Source: Ascoidea asiatica JCM 7603
Taxonomy: Eukaryota > Fungi > Ascomycota
Assembly: GCA_001600695.1 (NCBI GenBank)
Contig: BCKQ01000002.1
Location: 2,103,857 to 2,167,856, forward strand
Direction of reading: 5' to 3'
DNA: 64,000 bases
In this document: piece after piece, positions 1 through 11,256 of the stretch
Position numbering within the stretch: position 1 is the stretch's first letter
Layout of the letters: each line of letters begins with the position of its first letter
Translations under genes and position numbers: made by a program
The notes under the pieces: generated by a model
What the model was told of the DNA's origin: nothing
Database searches by the model: none
The model's input: only the letters and a program-made list of their open reading frames with translations

Positions 1-54
1 GTTTGCCATGGCTCATATGGCCAACTCAAAAACAACCAAAAATATAGGAACTCA

Positions 55-148
55 TCCCCATTAGCTCAGTTGGTAGAGCGTTCGGCTTTTAGGGATTAGT
101 TAATTTCGAGCAACCGAAATGTCTAGGGTTCGAGCCCCTAATGAGGAG
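55..148 (+). tRNA. tRNA-Lys(UUU) with a 21-nt intron (92-112)
   Basis: Cloverleaf: acceptor TCCCCAT/ATGAGGA+G, D-arm TAGCTCAGTTGGTAGAGC, anticodon stem TTCGG/CCGAA with CT-TTT-A, intron at the canonical 37/38 position, T-arm TAGGG-TTCGAGC-CCCTA. A T-run terminator follows. Confidence 0.96.
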
Positions 149-680
149 TTTCTATTTTTTTTTTGTCATATTTTATTTTTTTTTGATAGAAAATTGGAAA
201 ATTATTTTCTCTTAATTTTTGTTTTACAATAAATATATGAATATTACTTGAAAAAAGTATAACAAAGTTTGTTTGTTATATTAGTTATGCTAATCAAAAA
301 ATGAAATTTGAAAAAAGAAAACCAAAAAATAAAAAGAAGAAAGAAAAATGACAATGGAATTTCTTGAAGGATATAAGGAACCTAGACAGAAAAAAAACAT
401 AAATATTCAAAAATGTTGAAAGTTGAAAGAGGGAATATAAGTAAATTAAAAAATCAAAAAAGCTAAATGAAAAATTAACCAAAGTGAAAAATTAACTAAA
501 ATTTAAGAAAAATCAAAAAAACGAAGAATAAAAAACAAGACAACACAAAACCAATAAGCCAAATCAGATAAACCGTTAAGAAAAATTAAGTATCCTTTTG
601 TTAAAAACCAGCATTAACAATGAAGGAACCAATAAAAAAGATTTGCAAAAAAAAATTTAAAAAATATAATTAAATTATTA

Positions 681-3329
681 CTATAATTTATTTGCATAAG
701 AACAAAGTAAAATATCAAATTTATCATTAATACTTCTTTCAACAATTTTATCAACTGAATCTTTATCATTTTCACTATCATTAATAGTATTACTAACAAT
801 AAAAAATGAATCATCTAATCTTAAATGTTGAAATTTTAAATGTTGATCATTATTAAAATAATTAAAAATTGTTGAAATATAACTATTATTTTCGGAAATT
901 TCATTAATATAATGAAAATTTATTTTTTCGGAAATTTTTAATTCTTTTATATAATTTATAGTATTATTTAAAGATTCATCAATTTCATTAATATTATTAA
1001 TAAAAATATTAAAAGTTCCAAAATTTTTAATATTTGATTCATTTGATGAAATTATTTTTAAAAAAACATGTAATGAGAAAATATCATTATTAATATTTAA
1101 ATTTGATAAAATTAAATTAAAATCATGATAACCAGAATAAATATTTGAAGTTTTACCATTATTAATTATAGTTTGATCATCAACTTCTTCAATTGTATTT
1201 GAAGATATTGAACTAGTATTATTATTATTATTATTATTATTGATAATATTTGAATTATTTGATTTATCATATTTATTTGAAATAAATACACCAAGATTAG
1301 TTTCCATATTTGATAATAAATTTTTTAAATCAGTTTTATAATCATTAAAGAATCTACCATTTAATTGAGTTAATAACATATCATGATAATCTCTTGAAAG
1401 TTCAATAATATTATTTAATCTATAATTTGGAGAAACTAAAGTTTGAATACAAGAATATGAAACACCACTAAATTCAACAAAAGATTTTAAAATCAGTAAT
1501 AAAGGATTTAAATTTTGAATATTTGAAATGAAATCATTATTTTCTGGAATATTTTGATTTATATTTTCATTATTATTATCATTATTTTTTATATTAATAA
1601 TAGCATTATTATTAGGAATATTTGAAATATTATGAGAATGAGAATGAGAATGAGAATAAGAATTATTTGCAATTAAAATTTCACTTGAATCAACTTGAGT
1701 TGAAGCTTCAAGTATATCAGAAGTTCTTTCAGATAAAATTTTAAAATTAACAGCATGAACAGGAATTGAATAATTAAAATTTTTATTATCATTAAAATTT
1801 GATGATAAATTATTATCAAATTTTATAAAATAATGTAAAAAAGATAAAGAATTTGCAATATCATTAACATTTTCAATAATTGGTATTAATTTTGAAATTT
1901 TAAAAATTTTAAAATTTTCAATTAATTTTAAATTATTTAAATTATTTAAAGTTAATTCTTTTGGAGTACCATCCCAATTAATTTGATTATTTTTAAAAAG
2001 TTTAACTTTTTCTCTATAACTTATTGGATAAGATAATAAAGTTAATGGAGTTGTAATAAAAGTACAAATTAAAGCCATAACAATAAACATTGAAAAAATT
2101 TTTTCAGAAATTATACCAGCATTTAAACCTGTTTGTAAAACAACAATTTCAACAATACCTTTACAAGACATTAAAATTCCAACAGTTAAAGATTCTCTCC
2201 AATATAAACCATTAATAATTGCACCAATAAAACCACCAAAAATTTTTGTAATAATTGCAATAATAATTATTAAAACTACATAACCCCAATCTTTACCTTT
2301 ATTTAAAGAAGTTAAATCACAATTTAAACCAGCTAAAGTAAAATAAATTGGAATTAAAATTGATTGATTTAAATCTTCAATTTTTTCAGTAAATTTTATT
2401 ACATAATTATTATCTCTTGGAATTATAATACCAATTAAAAAAGCACCAAAAATTGGATGAACACCAATAATATCAGTATAAAAAGAAGAAATAAAAACTA
2501 AAGATAAAATAAAAGTTATACCTAATGGAGAAGGACCATTTAAAGTTTCATTAGATTTAATAACTAAAATTTTATATAAAAACCATTTTATTGGAAAAAT
2601 TAATAATAATAACCAAGCAAAAACTAATAATAAGATATAAATTGTATTTAAACCATTACCAGCATTTGCTAAAGTTATTGATAAAGCTAATAAAATCCAA
2701 CCAATTATATCATTTGTTATACCAGCAGCTAAAACTATAGTTCCAACTCTATCTTTTAATAAAGTTAATTCAGTTAAAATTCTAGCTAAGACTGGAAAAG
2801 CAGTTATTGACATTGCAACAGCAATAAAAACCATATAAGTTGTAAATTTTATTGTATTTGATTGACCTAATTCTTGACTTTGTTCATTAGTTAATTTATA
2901 ATTATTATATAAAGTTATTGATAATAAACAACCAAATGCAAAAGGAACTAAAATATTTATTAAACCAACAGTTAAAGCAATTTTTAAATTTTTTTTAATA
3001 AATTTTATATCAACTTCTAAACCAACTAAAAATAAAAATAAAATTAAACCAAAATTTGAAATTAATGTTAAACCAGGTATTGAATCATTTGGAAAAACAG
3101 TATTTGAAAAATTTGGTATATTACCAAGTACACTTGGACCTAAAATTATACCAGTTAAAACTTCAGAAATTACTTTTGGTTGTCTTAAATAAGAAAGAGG
3201 ATAATGAAATAAATTACAAACAAATAATATTAAAATAGTTTGAAATAAGAATAAAGTTATTGGATTTGAAGAAACATATTCTAATGGATTAACACCAGCT
3301 ATTATACCACCAACATTTGAAACTGTCAT
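681..3329 (-). CDS. KHA1: K+/H+ antiporter (CPA2/CHX family), Kha1
   Basis: N-terminus GGIIAGVNPL; motifs LRQPKVISEVLTGIILGPS, ITAFPVLARIL and GILMSCKGIVEIVVL; about 12 TM segments followed by a long Asn-rich C-terminal tail. Confidence 0.93.
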   Translation of the reverse strand: MTVSNVGGIIAGVNPLEYVSSNPITLFLFQTILILFVCNLFHYPLSYLRQPKVISEVLTGIILGPSVLGNIPNFSNTVFPNDSIPGLTLISNFGLILFLFLVGLEVDIKFIKKNLKIALTVGLINILVPFAFGCLLSITLYNNYKLTNEQSQELGQSNTIKFTTYMVFIAVAMSITAFPVLARILTELTLLKDRVGTIVLAAGITNDIIGWILLALSITLANAGNGLNTIYILLLVFAWLLLLIFPIKWFLYKILVIKSNETLNGPSPLGITFILSLVFISSFYTDIIGVHPIFGAFLIGIIIPRDNNYVIKFTEKIEDLNQSILIPIYFTLAGLNCDLTSLNKGKDWGYVVLIIIIAIITKIFGGFIGAIINGLYWRESLTVGILMSCKGIVEIVVLQTGLNAGIISEKIFSMFIVMALICTFITTPLTLLSYPISYREKVKLFKNNQINWDGTPKELTLNNLNNLKLIENFKIFKISKLIPIIENVNDIANSLSFLHYFIKFDNNLSSNFNDNKNFNYSIPVHAVNFKILSERTSDILEASTQVDSSEILIANNSYSHSHSHSHNISNIPNNNAIINIKNNDNNNENINQNIPENNDFISNIQNLNPLLLILKSFVEFSGVSYSCIQTLVSPNYRLNNIIELSRDYHDMLLTQLNGRFFNDYKTDLKNLLSNMETNLGVFISNKYDKSNNSNIINNNNNNNNTSSISSNTIEEVDDQTIINNGKTSNIYSGYHDFNLILSNLNINNDIFSLHVFLKIISSNESNIKNFGTFNIFINNINEIDESLNNTINYIKELKISEKINFHYINEISENNSYISTIFNYFNNDQHLKFQHLRLDDSFFIVSNTINDSENDKDSVDKIVERSINDKFDILLCSYANKL

Positions 3330-3799
3330 TTAAGATTAATAATAATATTTTCTGAAATAATATGATATGATATATTATATTTTTTATGATATATTTTGTG
3401 ATATATTTTGTGATATATTATTTTGCTATATGATTATGAGTAAAAGGATAAAGAAGAAAGGAGAATGAATAATGAAGAATAGAATATATTGATAGAAAAA
3501 TATATGGAATTATTTATATTTAAATTCATTTCTAAAAAGAATTAGATTTATATAAAATAGAATATTTTTGTTTATCTTTATTCAATCACTACATACAATA
3601 AATGATAATAATGATAATGATAATGATAACAATAACAGTAATTAACACTAATTTTCATAGTAGCAGTGCAATACGTAATAATTCTCAGAGGTACGAAACA
3701 CTCGAAGCACTGCAGATTCTTAACTCGATACCCGCAGGGGAGACCTGTAGTACTGGGAGATTCAGGAGAGCAGCAGAGAGGAAACGTGGGCGGCGGGAG

Positions 3800-3876
3800 G
3801 TGGCTACAGTGGCTACAGTGGCTGCAGTGGCTGCAGTGGCTCAGCCAGGGACTTGGTCAGGGACTTGGTCAGGGAC
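3800..3876. repeat. Two adjacent GC-rich tandem repeats: 9-bp GTGGCT(A/G)CA x4.6 and 12-bp CAGGGACTTGGT x2.6
   Basis: Read directly at 3800-3841 and 3846-3876, inside a GC-rich island upstream of KHA1. Confidence 0.9.
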
Positions 3877-4273
3877 ATCACCTGAATAATCTGAGACAGA
3901 AGGAGACAAGCCTCAGCGTACCAGCAATCAGATTGAATAGTCTGACTAGTCACACGCCACACCACGTCACCTCCCTGTGCAAAGAGAACACGCTTGCCGA
4001 TTACGAATCACGTCTTGGCGCATTTAAATGCAAATCGCCACTCGTTTATTGCCACAGCGCTGGCTGGGAGAGAGTGACAAGGCGTAGCCACGTTTGTGGG
4101 ACTCCTTGTGCTGGAACTGTAATCAGAAGTTATTCACTCACTCTTTGAATGTTGAGGATGATGAAATTGGTGTTGAACAAACAAGAGAATAAGAAAAAGA
4201 AGCTATTAAGAAATAAAATAAATTACTTTGCCATACAAGATTGGATTGTAACGAATAACAAAAAAGAAGATGA

Positions 4274-4362
4274 CGACCCCGGACAGGATCGAACTGTCGA
4301 TCTTGAGATTATCTGCTAAAGAATTAACAGTCTCACGCCTTAGCCAGCTTGGCCACGGAGTC
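4274..4362 (-). tRNA. tRNA-Asn(GUU) with a 15-nt intron (4310-4324)
   Basis: Reverse strand reads GACTCCG-TGGCCAAGCTGGCTAAGGCG-TGAGA-CT-GTT-A-[ATTCTTTAGCAGATA]-A-TCTCA-AGATC-GACAG-TTCGATC-CTGTC-CGGGGTC-G. Mature length 74 nt, close to yeast tRNA-Asn. Confidence 0.95.
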
Positions 4363-4720
4363 ATCTTGTTGGATTTTGTGCATTATTTCCTGTACTTGTA
4401 GACAACACATAAATAATAATTTTTTAATTCTTTGACCTGTTACCACTGACACGGATTCTTTGGCTTGCTGCCTTTTGATGTATATTACACCTTTACTAAC
4501 ATTGGATCCATACGGGTGGTATATTATACTTTTTTCTTGAATATCCGCAAAGCTGGTCTCCATTTTGGCTGTAATTTTACTTTTGCTTTAACTCTGAAGG
4601 GAATTGATGAAATAAATGAATATTCACATCAATGAAGAAAGAGAAGAAAGAAAAGAAAGAGAAGAAAGAGAAGAAAGATCTTTTTATTGAATTGAATGTA
4701 AATGTTGTCAAGTGAATTCA

Positions 4721-5497
4721 ATGGATTACAACAGTGATAGTGAATTCAAATATCTGAATCATGAATTCAAAACAAAAGAAACAAGTAAAGGTAATTCTAT
4801 TTCTAGTGATGAAGAATATGAAAAATATGATAAATATGATTTAGATTATGATTATAATAATGATTATAATTATAATTATAATTATGAATATGAAGATATA
4901 ATAAATGATAAAAATAATTTATTATCAAATAGTGAAATAAGTTATAATATTTTAAATGATATTTTAGCAAGAGAATCTGATGTAATAATTTCAAATAAAA
5001 TTAATCCAAAAACTGAATATTTTGGTTTTAAAATTCATTTAATTTCAATAATTTTTTTAATAATTTATTTAAATTGGTTAATATTACCAAATAAAATTTT
5101 AAATATATATTTAAAATTTTATTATTATCCAAATAGATTTTGGTCAATAATTTTACCATTTTATTTAATTTCATTAATGTTATTTATTTATTTATTTTTA
5201 AATTCTTTTAATATTAATATAAAATATAATAATTTAAATCATTATAATAATATTATTGATCAATATTCAACAATAATCTTTAATAAAAATAATAAAAATT
5301 ATTTATTTAATTCAACAACTGGAATTTGTGATTTACCTTTATCTGAAGTTTCAAAATTATTATATTCAGATTATAATTATTATTCTCCTCTTATTGATAT
5401 TCATATTAACAAGAAACATATTCATTCTGACAGTGACAGTGATAGTGATTCTAATAGTGATTCTAATAGTGATAGTGATAGTGATAATATAATATAA
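4721..5497 (+). CDS. GPI19: GPI-GlcNAc transferase subunit Gpi19/PIG-P
   Basis: PIG-P motifs EYFGF..., two TM helices flanking YYYPNRFWSIILP, and TGICDLPLSEVSKLLY. First ATG is at 4721 (the track starts at a GTG). Confidence 0.88.
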   Translation: MDYNSDSEFKYLNHEFKTKETSKGNSISSDEEYEKYDKYDLDYDYNNDYNYNYNYEYEDIINDKNNLLSNSEISYNILNDILARESDVIISNKINPKTEYFGFKIHLISIIFLIIYLNWLILPNKILNIYLKFYYYPNRFWSIILPFYLISLMLFIYLFLNSFNINIKYNNLNHYNNIIDQYSTIIFNKNNKNYLFNSTTGICDLPLSEVSKLLYSDYNYYSPLIDIHINKKHIHSDSDSDSDSNSDSNSDSDSDNII

Positions 5498-5769
5498 TAT
5501 AATATATAATAGATATAATAGAAAATAAACAATGGCGCTACGGTGACCTTGTTTTGACCTTGTTTATAAGCAATACCCGTAACTACATAATAACAAATAA
5601 CAATAAATAGCAATATAAATACATTCATTCTCTCTTTATTCATAAATTATACTTAATCAACAACCAATAAACAATCCAATCAATATCAATAACCAATTCA
5701 ATAACCAATTCAGTAATCATTACTCTTTATTCATTCAAATCTTTAATAAATATTCAATTCAATACTTTA

Positions 5770-7029
5770 ATGTTTAATCCATTAGAAAAAAGAGATAGAT
5801 TAATAAAACAAACTGATTTTGATGCTTTATCTTCAAAATTTTCTTGTTATCTTAAAAATTATTTTAATGATTATAATCAATTAATTCTTATAACAAATTA
5901 TATAAATGATTTAAAAAAAATTTTACCAAATTTAAATTTAAAATCAAAAAATATTTATAATTTTGGTTCTTTTTTACAAATTAAAAAATTATTAAAAGAT
6001 AATTTTAATGATTTAAATATTAAAAATAAATTTCCATTAATAAATAGAGGAACTTTTATAAGATCTAAAATTTTTGATGATTTAATTAATTTATTCTTAA
6101 ATTTAAATAATTTTAAAAATTGTAATATAATTTCTTTAGGTTCTGGTTCAGATTTAAGATTATTAAATATATTAAATTCAATAAAACTTAATTCCTCAAA
6201 TTCTTTAAATTCTTTAAATTCTTTAAATTTCAAATATATTGAATTGGATTTTAAAGAAACTTGTTATTTAAAAACTCAAATATTTTTAAATAATAATCTA
6301 TTCAATAATCTTATATTCAATAATCAAAAAACTGAAATAAATAAAAGTAATGAAGGCAAAGATAATGAAATTAACAATAACAATAACAATGACAATGACA
6401 ATGACAAATCAGATATAGATCAAATAAATTCAAATAATTATTTATTATATCCTATTGATTTAAGAAATGAAAATGATTTAATAAAATTTATTGAATATTT
6501 AAAAAATTCAAATTCTCTTTTTACAAATGATTTCAATTTTAATAATCCAACTTTTATATTTAGTGAATTATCAACATGTTATTTACCTTCAATTGATTCA
6601 AATAATTTATTAAATTTCTTAAAAAAAAATTTTAATAATGGTTTAATTTCTTTATATGAACCAATTTCTTTAAATGATAAATTTGGTGAAATGATGATTT
6701 CAAATTTAAATAAAAGAAAAATTTTAATCTCAACTCTTAATGATTATCCAACTTTAAATTCTCAATTAATTAGATTTTCAAAAAATTTAAATATAAATAA
6801 AAAAATTTTAATTAATAATATGTTATTTGTTTATAATAATTGGTTAAATGATAATGAAAAATTTAGAATTTCAAGATTAGAATTCTTAGATGAATTAGAA
6901 GAATGGAATTTATTAGCAAGTCATTATTCTTTAATTTTAGGAATTTATTCTAATAATGATAATAATTCAATTATAAATGATGAATTTATTTCAAAATTCG
7001 TTAATCTTAAATGGTTAATTACAAATTAA
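5770..7029 (+). CDS. PPM1: PP2A leucine carboxyl methyltransferase Ppm1 (LCMT1)
   Basis: IKQTDFDALSSK, PLINRGT, SAM motif ISLGSGSDLR, YEPI...DKFGEMMISNL, LEFLDELEEWNLLASHY. No Kelch extension, so not PPM2. Confidence 0.9.
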   Translation: MFNPLEKRDRLIKQTDFDALSSKFSCYLKNYFNDYNQLILITNYINDLKKILPNLNLKSKNIYNFGSFLQIKKLLKDNFNDLNIKNKFPLINRGTFIRSKIFDDLINLFLNLNNFKNCNIISLGSGSDLRLLNILNSIKLNSSNSLNSLNSLNFKYIELDFKETCYLKTQIFLNNNLFNNLIFNNQKTEINKSNEGKDNEINNNNNNDNDNDKSDIDQINSNNYLLYPIDLRNENDLIKFIEYLKNSNSLFTNDFNFNNPTFIFSELSTCYLPSIDSNNLLNFLKKNFNNGLISLYEPISLNDKFGEMMISNLNKRKILISTLNDYPTLNSQLIRFSKNLNINKKILINNMLFVYNNWLNDNEKFRISRLEFLDELEEWNLLASHYSLILGIYSNNDNNSIINDEFISKFVNLKWLITN

Positions 7030-7128
7030 TTGAAAAAAAAAAAATCTAAATATATAAACAATATACTGTATATATTTATTTTATCATCTAAACTATAGAA
7101 TATTTACAAGTTTTTTATAAAGTTATCA

Positions 7129-8760
7129 TTATTTTTTATCTTCAGATTCAATTAAAATTTCTTTTAATTTAATTAAATCTTTTTTTAATCTAAGCTTATT
7201 AATCTCATCCTCAGTATCTTTAACTATATATCTTTCATAAAAATGAAATAATTCTAAAAATACTTCAAACATAATTAAATAAATTATAATCCATTCTAAT
7301 CTTGCACCTTTTTCTTCATTTAAAGAAGATAATAAGACTCTTTGTTCATCAATAATATAATCTAATTTTTGATTTAGAATACTAATTCTTGGTACAACAT
7401 CTAAATTTTTTGAAATTTTTTTAAATAATTGTTCTAAATTTGGTTCACTCCAATATAAATCTGGAATTTCAATTAATTCTGAATATAAATTTAAATCACC
7501 TCTAATAATTAATAATTTTCCAATTAATTTTAAAATTTGTTTATTTTTAATTAAATTACTTTTAAATTGAAGTTTACCTTTTGATAATAATAAAGTATTT
7601 GATCTTGATTCTTCAATTAAATTACTTAATTGATTTTCTAAAATTGCTAATCTTGTTGATCTTGCTAAACCTGATGATAAAGCGACTTTATCTAATAATT
7701 TTTGATTGGAATTAACTGAATTAATAATTAATAAATCACCATCTAAATTACTTGAAGATAATGTATTAATATTAGAATTATTAATTTCAATATAATCCAT
7801 TTCTTCAGATTCAAAATTTTTATAAATATTTTTAATTTCTGATTTTATAATTGGTAAGAAATTTTCAATTAAAAAATTTTCATTTAAACCCCAAGAAACA
7901 ATTGTACCATTTGAAAAAATCATTAAATCTGCTTTTAAACTCAAATTATTAGTAATTTTATTTTGATTATTATTTGTAGAAATATCAGAATTATGATTAT
8001 AATTATTTGACATATTTAAAATTGGAAAAGTTAAATGAATTACTTCATTTGGTAATAAAAAAGAAGCATCTTTATAACCTTTTAAATGTAAAATATTTAA
8101 AATTTTTGGTAAATCAAAATTATCACAAACTGTTAAAGAAGTACAAGGTAATATTGAATCTTTTGAATAATTAATATTATTATTATAATATTCATTTCTA
8201 CTTACATAAGTATTTATATTTGGGCTTGAATTATTATATTTAATACCATTATTATTGATATTGTTATTATTTTTGAGATTCTCAAATTTCATAGAATATT
8301 TATTATGATTGTCATTATTGTTATCATTGATTTTCATATTAATATTATGTTTGATATCATTACTATTAACATTTTTAATTTCACATGAATGATCAATTTT
8401 AGTATTATTAGAAATACTTTGATTCAATTTATTTGTAGCATTTTTTAATCTAGTTTCAATTGGAATTGTTCTTCTTAAAGCATTTGCAGTTACTGGAGTT
8501 GATTTCGCAGCTTTTGGAATTTTGAATTTTATTGAAGGACCATTAGATGAAGAGGATAAGTTAAATGTTTTAGATTGATCTGATATTTCACTTTCTTCTT
8601 TTAGATTTTTTGAATCATTTGCCAAAAATCTTTTTGAATTAATTGATTTGAATTGTTTATAGGAAAACTGATTTGTAGTTAATTTACAATTATTATAAAT
8701 TGGAGATGAAAGTTTCAGAAGCTGATTAGATTTAATTGAGAATATTCTATTTCTATACAT
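7129..8760 (-). CDS. MRX10: Mitochondrial RMD1/DUF155-family protein (Mrx10/RMND1-like)
   Basis: IFSNGTIVSWG, ALSSGLARSTRLAILE, PDLYWSEPNLEQLF, LDVVPRISILNQKLDY and C-terminal TM LEWIIIYLIMFEV. Basic presequence-like N-terminus from ATG 8760. Confidence 0.8.
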   Translation of the reverse strand: MYRNRIFSIKSNQLLKLSSPIYNNCKLTTNQFSYKQFKSINSKRFLANDSKNLKEESEISDQSKTFNLSSSSNGPSIKFKIPKAAKSTPVTANALRRTIPIETRLKNATNKLNQSISNNTKIDHSCEIKNVNSNDIKHNINMKINDNNNDNHNKYSMKFENLKNNNNINNNGIKYNNSSPNINTYVSRNEYYNNNINYSKDSILPCTSLTVCDNFDLPKILNILHLKGYKDASFLLPNEVIHLTFPILNMSNNYNHNSDISTNNNQNKITNNLSLKADLMIFSNGTIVSWGLNENFLIENFLPIIKSEIKNIYKNFESEEMDYIEINNSNINTLSSSNLDGDLLIINSVNSNQKLLDKVALSSGLARSTRLAILENQLSNLIEESRSNTLLLSKGKLQFKSNLIKNKQILKLIGKLLIIRGDLNLYSELIEIPDLYWSEPNLEQLFKKISKNLDVVPRISILNQKLDYIIDEQRVLLSSLNEEKGARLEWIIIYLIMFEVFLELFHFYERYIVKDTEDEINKLRLKKDLIKLKEILIESEDKK

Positions 8761-11256
8761 TTTGAAAGCTGAAAATTCAAAGATACAATACTGATTCAAC
8801 AAATATTATACAAAGATTCTAATTCAAATTGTTTACCTTCCTTTTTATTTCCTATTATATTCTTATTGTTATTATTATTTTTATTTTTATCATTATCATT
8901 ATTATTATCATTATCAATATCAATATTATTATTGATTGATCATTTTTTCAATCTTAGGTTTAGTCTCAATTGATCAGTAATCGAGTTGATATTAAAGTTT
9001 CCAAATCAAGCAATTTTAAATTCCGGTTTTCCTGTAACAAGCTCCAAAATTGAGATCATCCCGGAAATAAATCCACTGGCGGATTATTAGTTTTGGGGCC
9101 AAGAATCTGGTGGAATGTGTCCCACGCGTTTTCCAAAGACCCGCGCTTTTTTTTTCCAGTTGTTGTGATATTTTCATGTAACAATAAAAAATGTGTTGCG
9201 CGCAGATATCAGCGTTCATTTAGCGGACGCGGAAGACTAACCGAAAACTGCTGAGAACTTTTAAACAAAAAACTTATCTCACAAACTGATTTCCTTTAGA
9301 TTTCACAGAAAAAAACTCTGGAAAATGAAAAATTAGAAACATTTCATTTTGATTATTCTCCAAGAAAATTAGATGTTTCAGTGCGATATAAAATTTTGCA
9401 GGATAATACATTAGAAATAATCTAACATTGCTGCTACTTTGAAACTTCAATTTGATTTGACTGTAGTTCTACGATTATTAAAAGTAATATTTCCAGTGTT
9501 TCTAATATCTTTTGCTGTTGATCATTCTATGAATAACACCTTATAAAATATTGGAGATAAGATCTGAGAATATTCTTTGTTAGACACATTCTTTGTAGAA
9601 AATAGAAGAAGATTCTATCTTTTTTTCTTCTCTTCTATATTTTAATTTCCCTCTTCCGTGGTTCTCTCGGATCAGAATCATAATTTGTTTCAACAGTGCA
9701 CAAGTTCTGTAGAATTTTCTATGTGCAATTCAATGATTTACAGCAAATTCAGTCTGTAATTTCAGGTGGAGAGGGAGTTATATTTGCCATAGAGCTACTT
9801 GTTTAACAGTACAACTAATAGCACTAGAAACACATTCCCGAGAGCAACTAAACTTCTCCTGGTTTTAAGCAAATTCAATCAGCCTCGAAATTTCAATATT
9901 CACTTTTTTGATTTCATTTCAATTCAATTTCAGTTCAGTTCAAATCAATATAATTAGCAACGTTACAACGTTCTAAAGTCGTAATTAACAGTTAAAAAAC
10001 ATAATTACCTTACCACCTTTTTAATATTTTTTAACCAATTACAAATCCTGAGCTGATAAGCGTCAATTTATTCAAATTTATTTTATTTTTTAACATTTTT
10101 AAAATATTCTATACATTTTTCATAATTTTTTTTTAAATATTTTGTAATTTTCTGTAATTGTTTTTAATAAATGTCTTTCGATTCATTTGTCCTGTTTCAT
10201 TAAGTTTAAAAAAGTTTTAAGTTTACCGCAAAATTACACTCAAATTGGAACTATATTTTTAAAGAGCATGGTTTGATTTACAATATTCTCTAAAAAAGTA
10301 ATAAATACTATTATTACGTAAGATTATTGGTATTAATAATTATAAATGTTATGAATGTTATGAGAGCTTTATTATTAATAATTCTTAAAAGAATTTTAAA
10401 TTGCTAAATGAAAGATAGCAAATAAAGAAAAATATAATGATAAATATATGAATTGATTAGGTTTGTCTTAAATAAGACAATTTTGTTCGCTGCATACCGA
10501 AATTCTCTCAGTAATTTTGAAGCAGGAAATTGCCGAAATCTACATAGTTAAATAAAGTATCAAGATAATTGTTTATATGATCATAGTTTTTGTACTGATA
10601 TATACTGTTTAAATGTGCTAACATACATGCAAAGACGTTTACCTTATTAGGTCTATTTTTGAATACTTAAGTAAATGTTTGAAAAATTATTATTTTTTTA
10701 TAAGTGAACGTACTTTTTGTACTTAGAGAAAGAAATATTCTGTATACAGAAACAGCTTTTAGCTTTTAATAAATTTAAACTTTTGGCTATGAGCTTTTGG
10801 AAGCAGAACTTACAGAATTGTTGCTCAGACCTCAGGTTAAATTAAGATTTTTAGATTAGTCTAGAAATACGCCGACGGACGTGTACATTTGCAAGTGCCA
10901 ATTTAATATTTCATTTTTATTTTCATTATCATAATTTCATCGGTCGATGGAGATTATTTCGTTTCCAGAAGTGGTTTGCTTTTGTTTATTAGCTGTTAAA
11001 CTGAAGACTTCGAGACCAGTATTTTGGAGCTAGGTATTAACTCATACGATATAATCAAATAAAAGGTAAAAAGAATATATCTTTAAAAGAGGTTTATATA
11101 TATAATATACATTTAATTGTTGCTTTAAATTTTTTTTTTGTTTGTCAATTTAAATGAAAATAAGAATCTTTAAATTAATTATTATTACTTTCTGAAAATT
11201 AAATGTTCTCTAAAAATGAGGGACCTATTAGCTATATAAATAAATTAATGAATAAT

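Noticed and set aside
3602-4148. Track ORFs 3602-3889 and 3666-4148 (WLQ/VAA/GLGQ repeats)
   Set aside because: They are open only because of the GC-rich tandem repeats in the KHA1 promoter; codon usage is unlike host genes.
4333-4563. 76-aa ORF
   Set aside because: It overlaps the tRNA-Asn gene and has no recognisable motif.
9420-9790. Possible decayed ORF on the minus strand, and a CTCTCGG inverted pair
   Set aside because: Many stops, no motif, and the inverted repeat is too short to call a TIR.
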